64,000 bases of DNA from Thermoplasmata archaeon (GCA_034667745.1 JAXDQP010000062.1:958-64957), one strand, 5' to 3'. Counted from the first letter of the stretch, positions 9,474 through 18,032 are shown. The notes: a model not told the origin generated them from the letters alone. Numbers and translations are program-made.

Positions 9474-10790
9474 GTGCCCAAGCACATCGTCCTCGCCTAC
9501 TCCGGCGGCCTCGACACCTCCGTGATGGTCCACTGGCTCAAGACCCGCCACGGCGCGAAGGTCACCTGCGCCATGCTGGACCTCGGCCAGGGCAAGGAGG
9601 CGCTCGCGGAGGCCAAGGCGCGCGCCATGGCCAACGGCGCCGCCGCCTGCATCGTGCTGCCCGCGAAGGAGGAGTTCGCCAGCGACTTCCTGGCCCCCTC
9701 CATCCGCGCCAACGCCATCTACGAGGGCGTCTACCCGCTCGCGACCGCCATCGGGCGCCCCCTCATCGCCAAGAAGCTCGTCGAGGCCGTCCAGCAGGTC
9801 GGCGGCGACGCCGTCGCGCACGGCTGCACCGGCAAGGGCAACGACCAGGTCCGCATCGAGGCCGGCGTCAAGGCGCTCCTGCCCGGCATGGTCTGCCTCG
9901 CCCCGCAGCGCAGCCACCCCATGACCCGCGTCGCGACCGTCGAGTACGCGGCCAAGCACAAGCTCCAGGTGCCGCAGCTCAAGCGCAGTACCTACTCCAC
10001 GGACGAGAACCTGTGGGGCCGCAGCATCGAGGGCGGCGACACCGAGGACCCGGCGCACGCCGTCCACGAGGACGCCTACCTGTGGACCGTTTCGCCCCAG
10101 AAGGCCCCCAACACGCCCGCCGAGATGAGCATCCAGTTCGAGGCGGGCCTCCCCGTCGCGGTCGACGGCAAGCGCATGGCCCTGTGGGACCTCGTCGCCC
10201 ACGTCGGCAAGCTCGCCGGCGCGCACGGCGTCGGCCGCATCGACCACGTCGAGAACCGCCTCGTCGGCATCAAGAGCCGCGAGATCTACGAGGCGCCCGC
10301 CGCCGTCACCATCCTGTTCGCCAAGAAGGCGCTGGAGGCGCTCACCCTCACGAAGGAGGAGATGAAGCTCAAGCCCTTCCTGGAGCAGCAGTTCGCGCAG
10401 AACGTCTACGACGGCCTCTGGTACGCGCCGGTCATGCAGGCCCTCCGCGCCGGCATCGACACCATGCAGCAGCACGTCTCCGGCACGGTCAAGGTCCAGC
10501 TCTACAAGGGCAACGTCAGCCTGCTCGGCCGCACCAGCCCGCTGTCGCTGTTCAAGGACAACCTCGCCACCTACGGCACGAAGGACGCCTTCAACCACGG
10601 CGCCAGCGAGGGCTTCATCGAGATCTGGAGCCTGCCGACCGAGACCGCGAACGCGGTGCGCCAGGGCCAGAAGAAAGCCGTCGGCGCCAAGCCGAAGGGC
10701 GCCCAGGCGGCCGTCAGCGTGGGCAAGCCCGGCAAGGACATCACCGGCGTCGTGGCCAAGGCCAAGGTGGCCCTCAAGGCGAAGGCATGA
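9474..10790 (+). CDS. argG: argininosuccinate synthase with Lys/Ala-rich tail
   Basis: VLAYSGGLDTS, AHGCTGKGNDQVR, ENRLVGIKSREIYEAP. Confidence 0.97.
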   Translation: MPKHIVLAYSGGLDTSVMVHWLKTRHGAKVTCAMLDLGQGKEALAEAKARAMANGAAACIVLPAKEEFASDFLAPSIRANAIYEGVYPLATAIGRPLIAKKLVEAVQQVGGDAVAHGCTGKGNDQVRIEAGVKALLPGMVCLAPQRSHPMTRVATVEYAAKHKLQVPQLKRSTYSTDENLWGRSIEGGDTEDPAHAVHEDAYLWTVSPQKAPNTPAEMSIQFEAGLPVAVDGKRMALWDLVAHVGKLAGAHGVGRIDHVENRLVGIKSREIYEAPAAVTILFAKKALEALTLTKEEMKLKPFLEQQFAQNVYDGLWYAPVMQALRAGIDTMQQHVSGTVKVQLYKGNVSLLGRTSPLSLFKDNLATYGTKDAFNHGASEGFIEIWSLPTETANAVRQGQKKAVGAKPKGAQAAVSVGKPGKDITGVVAKAKVALKAKA

Positions 10791-12223
10791 GCACGGCAGT
10801 CTGGCAGGCGCGTACCGGCTCCGGGCTGCACCCCGACCTCCTGGCCTACTCGCAGACCATCGCGGAGGACCGTCCGTTCCTGGTGCACGACCTCGCCGGC
10901 AGCAGCGCCCACGTCCTCGGCCTCGCCAAGGCGGGCCTGCTGACGAAGGACGAGGCGAAGCAGCTCCTCGCGGGCCTGCGGCTCGTGCTGCGCGACCACG
11001 AGGCCGGCACCTTCGCCCTCGACGTCGAGCTGGAGGACGTCCACATGAACGTCGAGGCCCGCCTCACCGCGCAACTCGGCGACGTGGGCCGCCGCCTGCA
11101 CACCGGGCGCTCGCGCAACGACCAGGTCGCCACCTGCATCGTCCTCTACGCGCGCGCCGGCTTGGCCCGCCTCGCCCAGGGCCTCAACGCCCTCGGCGAC
11201 GCCGTCGCCCGGCAGGCCGAGGCCAACCTGGAAACGCCGTGGGTCGCCCGCACGCACGGGATGCCCGCGCAGCCCGCCACGGTCGGCTTCCTGCTCGCCG
11301 CGCACGCGCACCGCCTCCAGGACGCGGCCAAGGCCACCCTCGCCGCGTTCGAGGCCGTCGGCGAGTCACCGCTCGGTTCCGGCGCCATCGGCGGCTCCAC
11401 GCTGCCGCTCGACCCGGCCTACACGGCGCGCCTCATGGGCCTGCGCCCGCCGCGCAGCGCGCTGCTGGCCACCGGCACCCGCGACGCCGTGCTCCTGCCG
11501 TGCCTTGCGGCGCAGCAGGCCGGCCTCGCGCTCGCCAGCCTCAGCCAGGACCTCATCGACCTGTTCAAGGAGGGCGCCCTCAAGCTGCCCCCTGGCTACA
11601 CGACGGGCTCCAGCCTGATGCCGCAGAAGCGCAACCCAGACGCGTTGGAGTTGGCGCGCGGCCGCAGCAAGGCCCTCGCAGGCCCCGCCGCCGCGGTGTC
11701 CGCCATCCTGTCGGGGCTGGGGCTGGGCTACCAGCGCGACTTCCAGCTCACCAAGCCCTACCTGGTGGCCGCCCTGGGGGACGCCGCCGCGACGGCCGAG
11801 CTTCTCGCGCCGCTCGTGGACGGGATGCAGTGCCTTCCTGCCGGCGCCGAGTGGGGCAAGCCGGGCATCGTCGCCACCGACGTCGCCGAGGCCCTCGTGC
11901 GCGCGGGCCAGCCGTTCCGCACCGCCTACGCCACCGTCGCGCAGGCGTTCGCCAAGGTGGAGTCCGGCATGACGTTCCAGGCCGCGCTTGAGGCCCAGGG
12001 CCTCTCCGCCGAGCACCTGGAGGCCGCGCTCTCGGCCTTGCAGCCGGACCCCTCCCGCCGCGCCACCGTCGGCGGCCCCGCGCCGGTCGCCGTCAAGGCC
12101 AGCCTTTCCCACTTCACTGCACAGTCCCGCGAGGTCGCCGCGCGCGTCGCCGCCGCGCAGAAGGCAGCCGAGTTGCCCCTCGACCTCCTGACCCGACCGA
12201 CCGACACCCTCCTGGAGAGCTAG
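10787..12223 (+). CDS. argH: argininosuccinate lyase
   Basis: EDVHMNVE, LHTGRSRNDQVAT, TGSSLMPQKRNPD. Confidence 0.93.
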   Translation: MSTAVWQARTGSGLHPDLLAYSQTIAEDRPFLVHDLAGSSAHVLGLAKAGLLTKDEAKQLLAGLRLVLRDHEAGTFALDVELEDVHMNVEARLTAQLGDVGRRLHTGRSRNDQVATCIVLYARAGLARLAQGLNALGDAVARQAEANLETPWVARTHGMPAQPATVGFLLAAHAHRLQDAAKATLAAFEAVGESPLGSGAIGGSTLPLDPAYTARLMGLRPPRSALLATGTRDAVLLPCLAAQQAGLALASLSQDLIDLFKEGALKLPPGYTTGSSLMPQKRNPDALELARGRSKALAGPAAAVSAILSGLGLGYQRDFQLTKPYLVAALGDAAATAELLAPLVDGMQCLPAGAEWGKPGIVATDVAEALVRAGQPFRTAYATVAQAFAKVESGMTFQAALEAQGLSAEHLEAALSALQPDPSRRATVGGPAPVAVKASLSHFTAQSREVAARVAAAQKAAELPLDLLTRPTDTLLES

Positions 12224-13237
12224 ATGACCACGACCGTCACGAAGGCCCGCGCCGCGACCGCCGCCCCCACCCCCATCCGGGCCGCCGCCGTCCCCGGCGC
12301 CCGCAGCGTCTTGGGCATGCAGGACGTCGCGCCCTACCTCGGCGAGCTGCTGGAGGACGCGATGGCGCTCAAGGCGCAGGGCCGCAAGGGGCCGCTGCCG
12401 CAGAGCCTCGCCGGCAAGGCCATCCTCATGATCTACGAGAAGAACTCGACGCGCACCCGCGTCAGCTTCGAGGTCGGCGTGCAGCGCCTGGGCGGCATCG
12501 CCATCAACCTCGACAGCCAGACCTCGCAGCTCTCGCGCGGCGAGTCGATGGAGGACACTGCACAGGTGCTGTCGCGCTACGGCCACGCGCTGGTCTACCG
12601 CGCCAACCGCCACGACTCGCTGGAGGCGCTCGCGCGCTACGCGACGGTGCCGGTCGTGAACGCGCTCACCGACAAGGAGCACCCGTGCCAGATCCTGGCC
12701 GACTGGATGACGCTGGCCGAGCACTACGGCGGCGTGGCCAAGCTCAGGGGCAAGGTGTTCTGCTACGTCGGCGACGGCAACAACATGCTCCACTCCTACC
12801 TCCTGGGCGCGGCGATGGCGGGCATGCACGTGCAGGCCGCCTGCCCCAAGGGCTACGAGCCCGACCCCGACGTCCTCGAACAGGCCAAGGCCATCGCGGC
12901 CGCCAACGGCACCCGCATCGTGGTCTTCCGCAAGCCCGAGCAGGCCCTCGACGGCGCCGACGTCGTCGCGACCGACACTTGGGTCAGCATGGGCGACGAG
13001 GCGGAGATGGTGCAGCGCCAGAAGGCGTTCGCCGGCTACACCCTCACCGAGGAGTTGCTGGCCGCCCACGCCGCGCCCGGCGCCGTCTTCCTGCACTGCC
13101 TGCCCGGCCACTGGGGCGAGGAGGCCACCTACGAACTGGCGCACGGCCCGCGCAGCCTCATCTACGACGAGGCCGAGAACCGCATGTGGGCGCAGATGGC
13201 CCTCCTGGTGCGGCTGGTCGGCGACGGGCAAGCCTAA
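12224..13237 (+). CDS. argF: ornithine carbamoyltransferase
   Basis: STRTRVSF, HPCQILAD, DTWVSMG, FLHCLP. Confidence 0.95.
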   Translation: MTTTVTKARAATAAPTPIRAAAVPGARSVLGMQDVAPYLGELLEDAMALKAQGRKGPLPQSLAGKAILMIYEKNSTRTRVSFEVGVQRLGGIAINLDSQTSQLSRGESMEDTAQVLSRYGHALVYRANRHDSLEALARYATVPVVNALTDKEHPCQILADWMTLAEHYGGVAKLRGKVFCYVGDGNNMLHSYLLGAAMAGMHVQAACPKGYEPDPDVLEQAKAIAAANGTRIVVFRKPEQALDGADVVATDTWVSMGDEAEMVQRQKAFAGYTLTEELLAAHAAPGAVFLHCLPGHWGEEATYELAHGPRSLIYDEAENRMWAQMALLVRLVGDGQA

Positions 13238-13262
13238 TCCGGCGCGGCGGGGTGGAACGCGC

Positions 13263-13895
13263 GTGCGGGTCCTGGACCTGGGGCGCATGGAATACGGCGA
13301 GTGCCTCCAGCTCCAGCACCGTCTGCGCGACGAGCGGCAGCGCGGCGAGGGCGAGGACACGCTGCTGATGGTGGAGCACCCCCCCGTGGCGACGCTGGGG
13401 CGGCGCGGCAGCCCCGACGAGGTCTTCGACAAGACGCTGCCCGTGTTCACCATCGAGCGCGGCGGCAAGGCCACTTACCACGCGCCGGGGCAACTGGTCC
13501 TCTACCCCATCGTCCACCTCGGCGAGGGGAACCGCGACGTGCGCGCCTGGGTGCAGCACCTGGAGCGCTTCGTCATCGGACTGCTGGCGGCGCACGGCAT
13601 CGCGGCGCGCATCGAGCCCGACCTGCCGGGCGTGTGGACGGGGCCGCGCAAGGTCGCGAGCATCGGCATCGCCATCCAGCACTGGGTCAGCTTCCACGGC
13701 ATCGCCGTCAACGTGACGCTGGAGCCGAAAGAGTTCGAGCGCATCGACCCCTGCGGCCTGGGCGCGCAGGTGATGACGAGCATGGCGCGCGAAGGCAGCC
13801 CAGCGACGCTTCAGGATGTGAAGCAATGGGTCGTGCAGCACGCGCCAGGGCATTTCGGTAAGTTTGTTTCAAATCGCAATCAAATCACGAATTAA
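13263..13895 (+). CDS. lipB: lipoyl(octanoyl) transferase LipB
   Basis: EHPPV.TLGRR, ERGGKATYHAPGQLVLYPI, KVASIGI, FHGIAVNV, IDPCG. Confidence 0.92.
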   Translation: MRVLDLGRMEYGECLQLQHRLRDERQRGEGEDTLLMVEHPPVATLGRRGSPDEVFDKTLPVFTIERGGKATYHAPGQLVLYPIVHLGEGNRDVRAWVQHLERFVIGLLAAHGIAARIEPDLPGVWTGPRKVASIGIAIQHWVSFHGIAVNVTLEPKEFERIDPCGLGAQVMTSMAREGSPATLQDVKQWVVQHAPGHFGKFVSNRNQITN

Positions 13896-14103
13896 CGATT
13901 CTTAGTGATTGATTGCTCAATTGCAGTATTTTACTAAATGAATGTATAGCTCATATAGTATTTAAGATTCAAATTGACGCATGGGAAATGCGCATTGCGA
14001 TAAATTGAAGCTAAATCCAGAACAAGCGAGAACAAATCGCGCAGAAGAAAAATCTAAGGAGTGAACCTGACGGTTTCTTGTGGAGATTCCAGGAGTGCAG
14101 TGC

Positions 14104-14928
14104 ATGGTCCGGGTTGCGCTCTACACCCGCGTCTCGACGGAGGACCAGGCGAAGGAGGGCTTCAGCCTGGACGCCCAGCTCGACCGCCTCCGCTTCTACT
14201 CAAAGGCGCAGGGATGGGACGTCGCGGGCGAGTACGTCGACGAGGGGCACAGCGGCCGCACGACGAAGCGCCCAATGTACCAGAAGATGATGGCCGAGCG
14301 CGCCGCGTGGGATGTCCTCTTGGTCCTCAAGATGGACCGCATCCACCGCAACAGCCGCAACTTCATGGCGATGATGGACGAGCTGCGCAAGGAGCAGAAG
14401 GAGTTCGCCAGCGTCACGGAGAGCCTGGACACCGGCACCGCGATGGGCCGCTTCGTCATGGACATCATCCAGCGCATCGCGCAGCTGGAGTCGGACCAGA
14501 TTGGGGAGCGCACCTACGTCGGGATGGAGCAGAAGGCCAAGACCCGCGCCGGCAACCTGGGCAAGCCCGCGCCGTTCGGCTACCGCTACACGCCGGAGGG
14601 CCCGTTTGCCATCGTTCCAGAGGAAGCTACGTTTGTCAGGATTATGTTCGATTCATACGCGAAAGGCGAAAAAAGAGGCGATATAGCGCAAAAGTTGGTC
14701 GAAATGGGGTCGAGGACCCGGTCCGGAAAGGAGTGGGACCGCTGGGCCGTCGCTGACATTCTGCTCAACCCCACCTATGCCGGCGCCACGCAGTGGGCGG
14801 ACCAGGTGCAGCTCGACACCCACCCCGCCATCATCCCGCCGGAGCAGTTTGACGCCGTGCAGGAACGCACGAAAATGGACAGTCCGAAGGCAAACGTGAC
14901 CTTCCTGACCCGGCTCACGGTCAACTGA
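14104..14928 (+). CDS. serine recombinase (catalytic + recombinase domain, no Zn-ribbon/coiled-coil), 274 aa
   Basis: YTRVSTEDQ catalytic Ser motif, D.G.SG...RP, KMDRIHR, PFGY, NPTYAG, HPAII. Confidence 0.92.
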   Translation: MVRVALYTRVSTEDQAKEGFSLDAQLDRLRFYSKAQGWDVAGEYVDEGHSGRTTKRPMYQKMMAERAAWDVLLVLKMDRIHRNSRNFMAMMDELRKEQKEFASVTESLDTGTAMGRFVMDIIQRIAQLESDQIGERTYVGMEQKAKTRAGNLGKPAPFGYRYTPEGPFAIVPEEATFVRIMFDSYAKGEKRGDIAQKLVEMGSRTRSGKEWDRWAVADILLNPTYAGATQWADQVQLDTHPAIIPPEQFDAVQERTKMDSPKANVTFLTRLTVN

Positions 14929-14956
14929 AGCGACTCGGCTTGGTTAGACCATTTTG

Positions 14957-14982
14957 GTGCCATACGGGCTCCCGTATGGCAC
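14957..14982. other. palindromic recombination site (12-bp arms, CT centre)
   Basis: GTGCCATACGGG-CT-CCCGTATGGCAC, perfect IR starting 28 bp after the recombinase stop. Confidence 0.8.
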
Positions 14983-14994
14983 TCGGAGAGAACC
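14969..14994 (+). repeat. attL direct repeat
   Basis: CTCCCGTATGGCACTCGGAGAGAACC; 25/26 identical to 20745-20770. Confidence 0.9.
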
Positions 14995-15114
14995 AGGGGT
15001 CCTGCCGATTGCCATACGGGGTTCCGTGCCACGTGCGGCACGACGTCCGGTATATTTGACATATTCCGGCGGCCGCGCCGGAGATATTTTCTCCAGCTCG
15101 GCCGTGCAGGGGGC

Positions 15115-15207
15115 ATGGACAAGCCGTTCGGCTGGAAGGCGTGGGTCGCGTTCGGGGCCTGCTCCGTGTTTGGGCTCGGCGCCCTCGCCTGGATCTTAGT
15201 GTCCTAG
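15115..15207 (+). CDS. 30-aa single-TM peptide (proviral)
   Basis: My translation MDKPFGWKAWVAFGACSVFGLGALAWILVS*; AT-rich boxes upstream. Confidence 0.45.
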   Translation: MDKPFGWKAWVAFGACSVFGLGALAWILVS

Positions 15208-15303
15208 GCAGTGGACCGCGACGGTGACGACCCCGAGGACGGCGGTCGACGCGAGGCCGAAGGCCCAGGACGCTAGGCGGGCGACGAGCCTCTGGTTCGT
15301 CAT
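15196..15303 (-). CDS. 35-aa single-TM peptide (proviral)
   Basis: MTNQRLVARLASWAFGLASTAVLGVVTVAVHCLGH; ATGA coupling with the upstream gene. Confidence 0.55.
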   Translation of the reverse strand: MTNQRLVARLASWAFGLASTAVLGVVTVAVHCLGH

Positions 15304-16259
15304 TCCCACTTCCTCCAGGGCTGGAGCCAGTCGCGGAAGGTGGCGAGGCCGTAGGGGTCGCGCTTCGTCTTCTCGACCTGCTCGGCGGACCACTCGCGGA
15401 CCGCGCGGTCGGGGGCGTCCCCGGCGCCGGGCGTGGCTGCGTTGACGAGCCAACGGGTGATGCCGGAAACGATGCCCGCAGACCCGGACGCGGCCTCGAC
15501 GCCCGTGACGATGGTGTGCCGGGCCGCGTAGTCGACGCCCCCGATGAACTCGTGCCCGACCGCGCTGCCGGTGTCGGCGCTGCCAGGCCAGATGATGGGC
15601 TCGAACGGGACCTTGACCCAGTCGCCCAGGTCAAGCTGCTTCTTCTCCGTCAGTCCGTCCCATCCTACGCCTGCGCCCCAGCCGGAGCTGGAGGATTTAT
15701 CGCCCTCGAGCGGGAGATATTCTTGCGAGCTGGGTGGGGGCGGGGCGACGTCGGCGTAGTGGGCGCCTGCGGGGTCGCGGCCGAGGTCGGCGGGTGGCGC
15801 GTCGAGGAAGTCCCAGTGTCCGTCCTTGGCGTCGTCGCGCAGGCGGAGGTTCAGGTCGAGGCGCGTCTGCGCTTCGGCTGCGGCCTGCTCGGGGTCGGCG
15901 TAGGTGCCGCGCACGTAGTTGGGGCCGCGGATGAAGTCGAGGATGCCGCGCGACTGCTCCACTTGAGCGTCAATCTGCGGGAGCCACTTGGACGCGTCCT
16001 CGCTGCTGCGAACGGAGTCGGCGAGGCGGCCCGCGTTCGGGGTCCACTTGAGCAAGTCGCTCCACGAGATGCGGGACGGCGCCGGAGCGGGCCCAGGAGC
16101 GGAGGCGGGCGTGGGCTCCGGCGCAGGAGTCTCTGGCGAGGGGGAGCTCCCAGGCGCAGGAGCGGGAGGGTGTTTCTTGCGCCACCAGAGCCACCCGCCC
16201 CAGCCCGCGAGGGCGGCCGCGCCGAGGGCGGCGGCTGCGACGTCGTCGCGCTGGGTCAG
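15300..16259 (-). CDS. membrane-anchored protein with Pro-rich linker (proviral; CTG start inferred)
   Basis: N-terminal TM AAAALGAAALAGWGGWLWW followed by RKK, Pro-rich stalk and helical domain; CTGA overlap with upstream stop. Confidence 0.6.
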   Translation of the reverse strand: MTQRDDVAAAALGAAALAGWGGWLWWRKKHPPAPAPGSSPSPETPAPEPTPASAPGPAPAPSRISWSDLLKWTPNAGRLADSVRSSEDASKWLPQIDAQVEQSRGILDFIRGPNYVRGTYADPEQAAAEAQTRLDLNLRLRDDAKDGHWDFLDAPPADLGRDPAGAHYADVAPPPPSSQEYLPLEGDKSSSSGWGAGVGWDGLTEKKQLDLGDWVKVPFEPIIWPGSADTGSAVGHEFIGGVDYAARHTIVTGVEAASGSAGIVSGITRWLVNAATPGAGDAPDRAVREWSAEQVEKTKRDPYGLATFRDWLQPWRKWE

Positions 16260-16750
16260 GTGAACTTCAACTCCCCGCTGACGGCGACGCCGTTGATGCC
16301 TGCGTCGGTGCTGACGACCTGGATGGTGATGCGGTCGCCGAGGGCGGCGACAGGTTCGTTCACGGTGTCGGCTTGCGCGTCGTTGGCAGCGGCCAGGGCG
16401 GGGTGCGTCACGGTGAGCGCGGACGCCACGCCGTTGATGAAGACCGTGACGACGACGGTCTCGCCTGCGCCCAGGGCGGTGCGCAGGACGCTGCGCAACT
16501 GGCGGATGCTGCCGGCGCGCGGCATGACGTAGCTGGATACGACGCTGACGGCGCCGAAGCCGCCGAGGCTGGCGTCCGTGTAGCCCTGCGGGTGGATGTA
16601 GCAGGTGGCGGCGGCCTGGAGCAGGGCGCCGCACCCGAAGGGCTTGCCGCGCTGCGAGTTGCCGAGCTTCGGCGCAGTGACGGCCTGGTCGTCTATCTCG
16701 GCGGTCTGGATGGTCTGGCCGACGCCAGCGCCGCGCCCGATGGTGGTCAC
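16256..16750 (-). CDS. beta-rich structural protein (spike/vertex candidate)
   Basis: 164 aa, Val/Gly/Thr-rich, GDRITIQVV...VSGELKFT; GTGA-coupled in capsid operon. Confidence 0.6.
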   Translation of the reverse strand: MTTIGRGAGVGQTIQTAEIDDQAVTAPKLGNSQRGKPFGCGALLQAAATCYIHPQGYTDASLGGFGAVSVVSSYVMPRAGSIRQLRSVLRTALGAGETVVVTVFINGVASALTVTHPALAAANDAQADTVNEPVAALGDRITIQVVSTDAGINGVAVSGELKFT

Positions 16751-17073
16751 TCGTAGGCCTCCAGTTCCTCAACATAGAGGTTGCCCGAGGCGGCATCCAA
16801 GTTGACCCAGAACTCGCCTTGGATGCTCTTGCCGTCGTGCTCGTAGTCCTTCACGATGCTGCCGCCGACGGCGTCGAGGCGGACGCCGCCAGTCAGGCTG
16901 CCGCCGGGGCGGCGGCGCAGGTGCGCGGCGTTGGCCTCGTTGTTGACCACGACGAGCGCGACCCGCAGGGGGTTGAAGGGGAGAAGGAGGGTGTCGACCG
17001 TGCCGACGGCCACGTTGCCCTCGGTCTTGATGCGCACGTTGCCCTTGGCGATGAGCGCGCGGACGTCGGGCAT
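16747..17073 (-). CDS. single-jelly-roll-like minor capsid/penton candidate
   Basis: 108 aa, LLPFNPLRVALVVVNN...GVRLDAVGGS beta pattern; immediately downstream of MCP candidate. Confidence 0.55.
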   Translation of the reverse strand: MPDVRALIAKGNVRIKTEGNVAVGTVDTLLLPFNPLRVALVVVNNEANAAHLRRRPGGSLTGGVRLDAVGGSIVKDYEHDGKSIQGEFWVNLDAASGNLYVEELEAYE

Positions 17074-17076
17074 GGC

Positions 17077-17880
17077 TTACACCTTGGTGTTGACCGGGCG
17101 GACGTAGAGGTCCACGATTTGGACCTCATTGTCGGCGGCGTCGACCAGGAAGTCCGCCGTCGGCATGACCTGGGTGCTGAAGCGCCCGAGGACGCCCAGC
17201 TGGCCCGGCTCGAACATGGCGTGCGCGACGTCGGTGCGGGTGTCGTAGCACAGCACGCCGGGGCGGTGCGTCTGGCCCGCGAAGGCGAGGCGCATGGCGA
17301 TGCCGCTCGTGCTGATGGGGAACGCGGCCAGGACGTCGTAGACGCCCTCCAGCAGCGACTCGTCGGGGGTCAGCGCGCGGTTGTTCCAGTCGTTCGCGTT
17401 CATCGCGGCGGCGGCCGTGACGGTGCGAATCCAGAACCCGCCCTTGGGGTCCACGGCCTGCACGGGGCCGTCGCAGAACTGGGTCACGATGAACTGGTCC
17501 GTGGCGGCGGCCGGGTTGTTGACGGTCTCGTAGCCGACGAGCTCGCCGGGGCGCAGGCGGATGGGCTCGCGGCGGAAGTCGTTGACGACCGGCGGGGAGC
17601 CCGGCTCGACGGTGCTGGAGAGCTTGGGGACCTCGATGGCGCTGCGCTTGTAGGTGTCGCGCAGGCTGGGGGCGACGATGCGGCAGCGGGGCTGCACGGT
17701 GGCGTCGATGCCCGCGAACACGAACGCGACGCCGGGCAGTTCGCCGGGGACGCGGTAGAAGTCGCCGCTGCTGTCGCGCTGGAACAGCGGGGACAGGGTC
17801 TCCGCGATGGCGGCGAGCGGCTGGAGCGTGGCGGCGCCGTCCTGGTTCTCGAACCAGGCGACCATGTGCTGCCGCGTCAC
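17077..17880 (-). CDS. putative double-jelly-roll major capsid protein (267 aa)
   Basis: Size and all-beta pattern of small DJR MCPs (RCRIVAPSL; YDVLAAFPISTSGIAMRLAF...RPGVL); position in structural operon; recognised by pattern only. Confidence 0.65.
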   Translation of the reverse strand: MTRQHMVAWFENQDGAATLQPLAAIAETLSPLFQRDSSGDFYRVPGELPGVAFVFAGIDATVQPRCRIVAPSLRDTYKRSAIEVPKLSSTVEPGSPPVVNDFRREPIRLRPGELVGYETVNNPAAATDQFIVTQFCDGPVQAVDPKGGFWIRTVTAAAAMNANDWNNRALTPDESLLEGVYDVLAAFPISTSGIAMRLAFAGQTHRPGVLCYDTRTDVAHAMFEPGQLGVLGRFSTQVMPTADFLVDAADNEVQIVDLYVRPVNTKV

Positions 17881-18029
17881 GCGAGCACCTCCAGGGCGGC
17901 GACCACTTCAGCGGGCGCGAGGGGCTGGAGGCGGGTCAGGCCGGGGCGCTTGACGGTGCCGTCCGCGTTGTAGACGAAGCCGGTCTCGGGGTCCCAGGCC
18001 TCGCGGTCCTTGTTGAGGATGACGGGCAT
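17877..18029 (-). CDS. 50-aa hypothetical proviral protein
   Basis: My translation MPVILNKDREAWDPETGFVYNADGTVKRPGLTRLQPLAPAEVVAALEVLA*; GTGA coupling to MCP. Confidence 0.6.
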   Translation of the reverse strand: MPVILNKDREAWDPETGFVYNADGTVKRPGLTRLQPLAPAEVVAALEVLA

Positions 18030-18032
18030 GGT

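Noticed and set aside
14104..14928. Serine recombinase as the provirus's own integrase
   Set aside because: It lies outside the direct repeats, so it would not be on the excised circle. A larger composite island (13855-21595) cannot be excluded, but I found no terminal repeats for it.
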